Below, one piece after another: positions 62,063 to 64,000 of a stretch of DNA of 64,000 nucleotides. Made by a program: the position numbers and the translations under genes. Origin of the DNA: Myxococcaceae bacterium (GTDB taxonomy: Bacteria > Myxococcota > Myxococcia > Myxococcales > Myxococcaceae); assembly GCA_044223505.1 (NCBI GenBank), contig JBGALX010000012.1, positions 90,174-154,173 on the forward strand, given 5' to 3'. Each line of letters begins with the position of its first letter. Position 1 is the first letter of the stretch. The notes beneath the pieces are model-generated. The model had not been told where the DNA came from. It saw only the letters and a list, made by a program, of their open reading frames with translations, and did not search any database.

Positions 62063-62305
62063 TCACTTGACGCTCTTCTCCCAGTCGTCGGTGCTGCTGA
62101 TGTTGCCGTCCTTCCAGATGGACTCGATCTTCTGGTGCGTGGTGCTCGGCTTCGTCTTGCTGTCCGCCGTGTCCTTCACCTCGAACGTGTCGTTCGCCTT
62201 CGGCGCCGCCGGCATCTTCTTCTCGACCTTGCACTGCTCGACCTTCGCGGTCAGCGGCCTCGCCTTCGGTGCGACGGAGGGACGGAACGTGACCTTCGAG
62301 CCCAT
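62063..62305 (-). CDS. Small Lys-rich hypothetical protein (80 aa).
   Basis: MGSKVTFRPSVAPKARPLTAKVEQCKVEKKMPAAPKANDTFEVKDTADSKTKPSTTHQKIESIWKDGNISSTDDWEKSVK. Near-perfect GC3 codon bias. Present only as the tail of a 572-aa spurious track ORF. Confidence 0.5.
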   Translation of the reverse strand: MGSKVTFRPSVAPKARPLTAKVEQCKVEKKMPAAPKANDTFEVKDTADSKTKPSTTHQKIESIWKDGNISSTDDWEKSVK

Positions 62306-62416
62306 GGAGGGCCCGAGTACAGCAAGGTGAGGGCCAGCGATGCACGCAGCAAACACGCCCGGTTCCCTCGAACGCCGGCATTGCGCACGTGACGACGCCG
62401 CTGGCACGCTTCGACC

Positions 62417-64000
62417 GTGAGCGAGCTGCCCAAACCGCTTCAGCGATGGACGCAAGCGCTCGCGCTCTTCCCGCGCCACCTCGCGCTCGAGCTCGGCGCC
62501 TGGCTGCCGCGCCTCCACGGCGCGCTCGGCCCGATGCGCACCGGCAGCGTCGAGGGCACCGACGAGCCCGACGGCTTCGACGGCCTCTCGCGCCGCGGCC
62601 CCTACGAGCGGCTGCTCAGCGCCGAGTGGGCGCTCGCCGACGAGCACCCCGACGAGTTCGCGCGCCGCGCCTCCAGCGGCGAGCACGCGTTCTTCCGCCT
62701 CGCGTTCCGCGCTCCCGCCGGCAAGCGCCGCTGCCTCGTGCTCTTGGACAGCGGCCCCTCGCAGCTCGGCACTCCGCGGCTCGCCCACCTCGCCGCCCTC
62801 GCCGTGCTCGAGCGCCGCGCCGCCGAGGCCCGCTCCGAGTTTCTCTGGGGCGTGCTCCAGCAGCCGCCCGGCCGCTTCCTCACCGGCCTCTCGCAGTCGG
62901 CCGTCGAGCACTGGCTCAACGCGCGCACCGGCGCCGAGCCCACGCCCGGCGACCTCTCGGGCTGGCGCGAGGCGTTCGGCCGCAGCGGGCCCGACGACGA
63001 GGTCTGGGTGCTCGGCTCGCCGCGCGCTGCCCGGTTCGAAGAGGTGAGCCTGCTGCTCGTGCGCGACGCTCCCGGCGCGCTCGCCGTCGAGCTCAAGCCC
63101 CGCGCCGGAGCCCGCCGCGAGGTGGTGCTCCCGCTCCCGTCGGAAGAGGTCTGCACCCAGCTCATCCGCGACCCGCTCAAGCGCGAGGCGCCCATCGACC
63201 GCCTCGCCGGCCCCTCGACGAACCTCGTGTTCATCGCCGGCGGCTCGCGCCTGCTCTACGGCACCGCCGGCGGCTCGCTCGTCACGCACATCATCCCCGG
63301 CGCGCCCGGCTTCGCGTCGGCGCCGGTGTGGTGGGCTCCGCCGAAAGACGAAGAGGTCGTCGCCGCCGGCTGGGACAAGGGCCTCCTGCTCGTCACGCGC
63401 CGCGACGGCGCGCTGCGCGTCAACTGGTACAACAAGCGCGGCCAGCTGCGCGGGCAGGGCGCGTGGCACCTCTTCGGCCCGAAGAGCACCGAGCCCGTGC
63501 GGCACCTCACGAACCTCATCGGCCCCTGCGTGCACGCTCCGGCGTGGCACGTCGTGACGAGCCACGGCGACCTCGCCGCCTTCATGCCCGACCGCACGTA
63601 CGCGGTGCGCAAGCGCAACGTCGCCGCCGTCGCGCTCCACAAGGGCCGGCTGCTCACCGTCGAGCGCAAGAACGGCGAGGCCCACATCGAGCTCGTGCCG
63701 CCTGCGCCCGGCGCCGCCGTGAAGTTCCCCGCGCCCGGCCGCGCCGTCGAGCGCACCGGCGTGAAGATTCAGCTCTTCCACCCCGCGAAGGAGCGCGTCG
63801 CCGGCGTCTTTCAGGACCTCGCCGCCGACGCCGGCATCATCACCGTGCGCGGCGTCATGCCGACCGCGCCCGTCGTGTTCGGCTTCGACAACGTCGCCGA
63901 GCAGAGCGTCGCCGTCGGCATTCAGCTCCCCGACGGCCGCTGGCGCGTCGTGCGCCTGAGGAAGAACGTCGACTGCTCCGACATCGCCGTGCCGCTCACC
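62417..64000 (+). CDS. Hypothetical protein, partial (runs off the right edge; not in the ORF track).
   Basis: Frame opens after TGA at 62390. A GTG at about 62417 gives VSELPKPLQRWTQALALFPRHLALELGAWLP... About 525 codons have very high GC3 and no stop. No domain recognised. Confidence 0.55.
   Translation, partial: MSELPKPLQRWTQALALFPRHLALELGAWLPRLHGALGPMRTGSVEGTDEPDGFDGLSRRGPYERLLSAEWALADEHPDEFARRASSGEHAFFRLAFRAPAGKRRCLVLLDSGPSQLGTPRLAHLAALAVLERRAAEARSEFLWGVLQQPPGRFLTGLSQSAVEHWLNARTGAEPTPGDLSGWREAFGRSGPDDEVWVLGSPRAARFEEVSLLLVRDAPGALAVELKPRAGARREVVLPLPSEEVCTQLIRDPLKREAPIDRLAGPSTNLVFIAGGSRLLYGTAGGSLVTHIIPGAPGFASAPVWWAPPKDEEVVAAGWDKGLLLVTRRDGALRVNWYNKRGQLRGQGAWHLFGPKSTEPVRHLTNLIGPCVHAPAWHVVTSHGDLAAFMPDRTYAVRKRNVAAVALHKGRLLTVERKNGEAHIELVPPAPGAAVKFPAPGRAVERTGVKIQLFHPAKERVAGVFQDLAADAGIITVRGVMPTAPVVFGFDNVAEQSVAVGIQLPDGRWRVVRLRKNVDCSDIAVPLT

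Noticed and set aside
62063-63781. 572-aa minus-strand ORF.
   Set aside because: Antisense to the unlisted plus-strand gene at 62417 onward. Only its C-terminal 80 codons (the Lys-rich small protein) have coding bias.

Overview
GC-rich (about 70%) chromosomal segment with the hallmarks of a Myxococcota-type genome. These include many Ser/Thr kinases, ECF sigma factors, two-component and PilZ signalling genes, Cys-rich lipoproteins, and proteins with the CxDxDxDG metal-binding motif, lamin-tail, Kelch and delta-60-like repeats. No rRNA or CRISPR array was found, and no tRNA was recognised by eye.

The most interesting features, in order:
- A bacterial homolog of the eukaryotic major vault protein (30939-33062).
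- A 1216-aa lipoprotein carrying about 28 CxxCH heme-binding motifs (52868-56518), and a small tetraheme cytochrome c lipoprotein hidden behind a frameshift (42966-43489).
- A lower-GC ParD/ParE toxin-antitoxin cassette bracketed by roughly 84-bp direct repeats that duplicate a gene junction (7985-8933).
- A KaiC-homolog signalling operon carrying a PilZ domain protein (36322-39953).
- Two kinase / ECF-sigma / lipoprotein modules in which the kinases carry N-terminal anti-sigma zinc-finger (zf-HC2) motifs, plus a stand-alone zf-HC2 mini-ORF upstream of the paralogous sigma factor.
- A PilZ-domain Ser/Thr kinase.
- A RavA-like MoxR ATPase with no vWA partner, next to a nucleotidyltransferase pair with a 4-nt start/stop overlap.
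- A GH25 muramidase with four peptidoglycan-binding repeats and no signal peptide.
- Several tandem-repeat loci: a hexanucleotide His/Asp-type microsatellite with CACGTG palindromes upstream of a large tandem-repeat adhesin gene, a 3-prime-end tandem duplication, and a 15-bp coding repeat.

Several apparent frameshifts fall in short homopolymers. They may be assembly errors rather than true pseudogenes.

Coordinates come from the supplied ORF track plus residue counting and can be off by a few nt. Long Arg/Gly-rich ORFs antisense to, or out of frame with, real genes were rejected.
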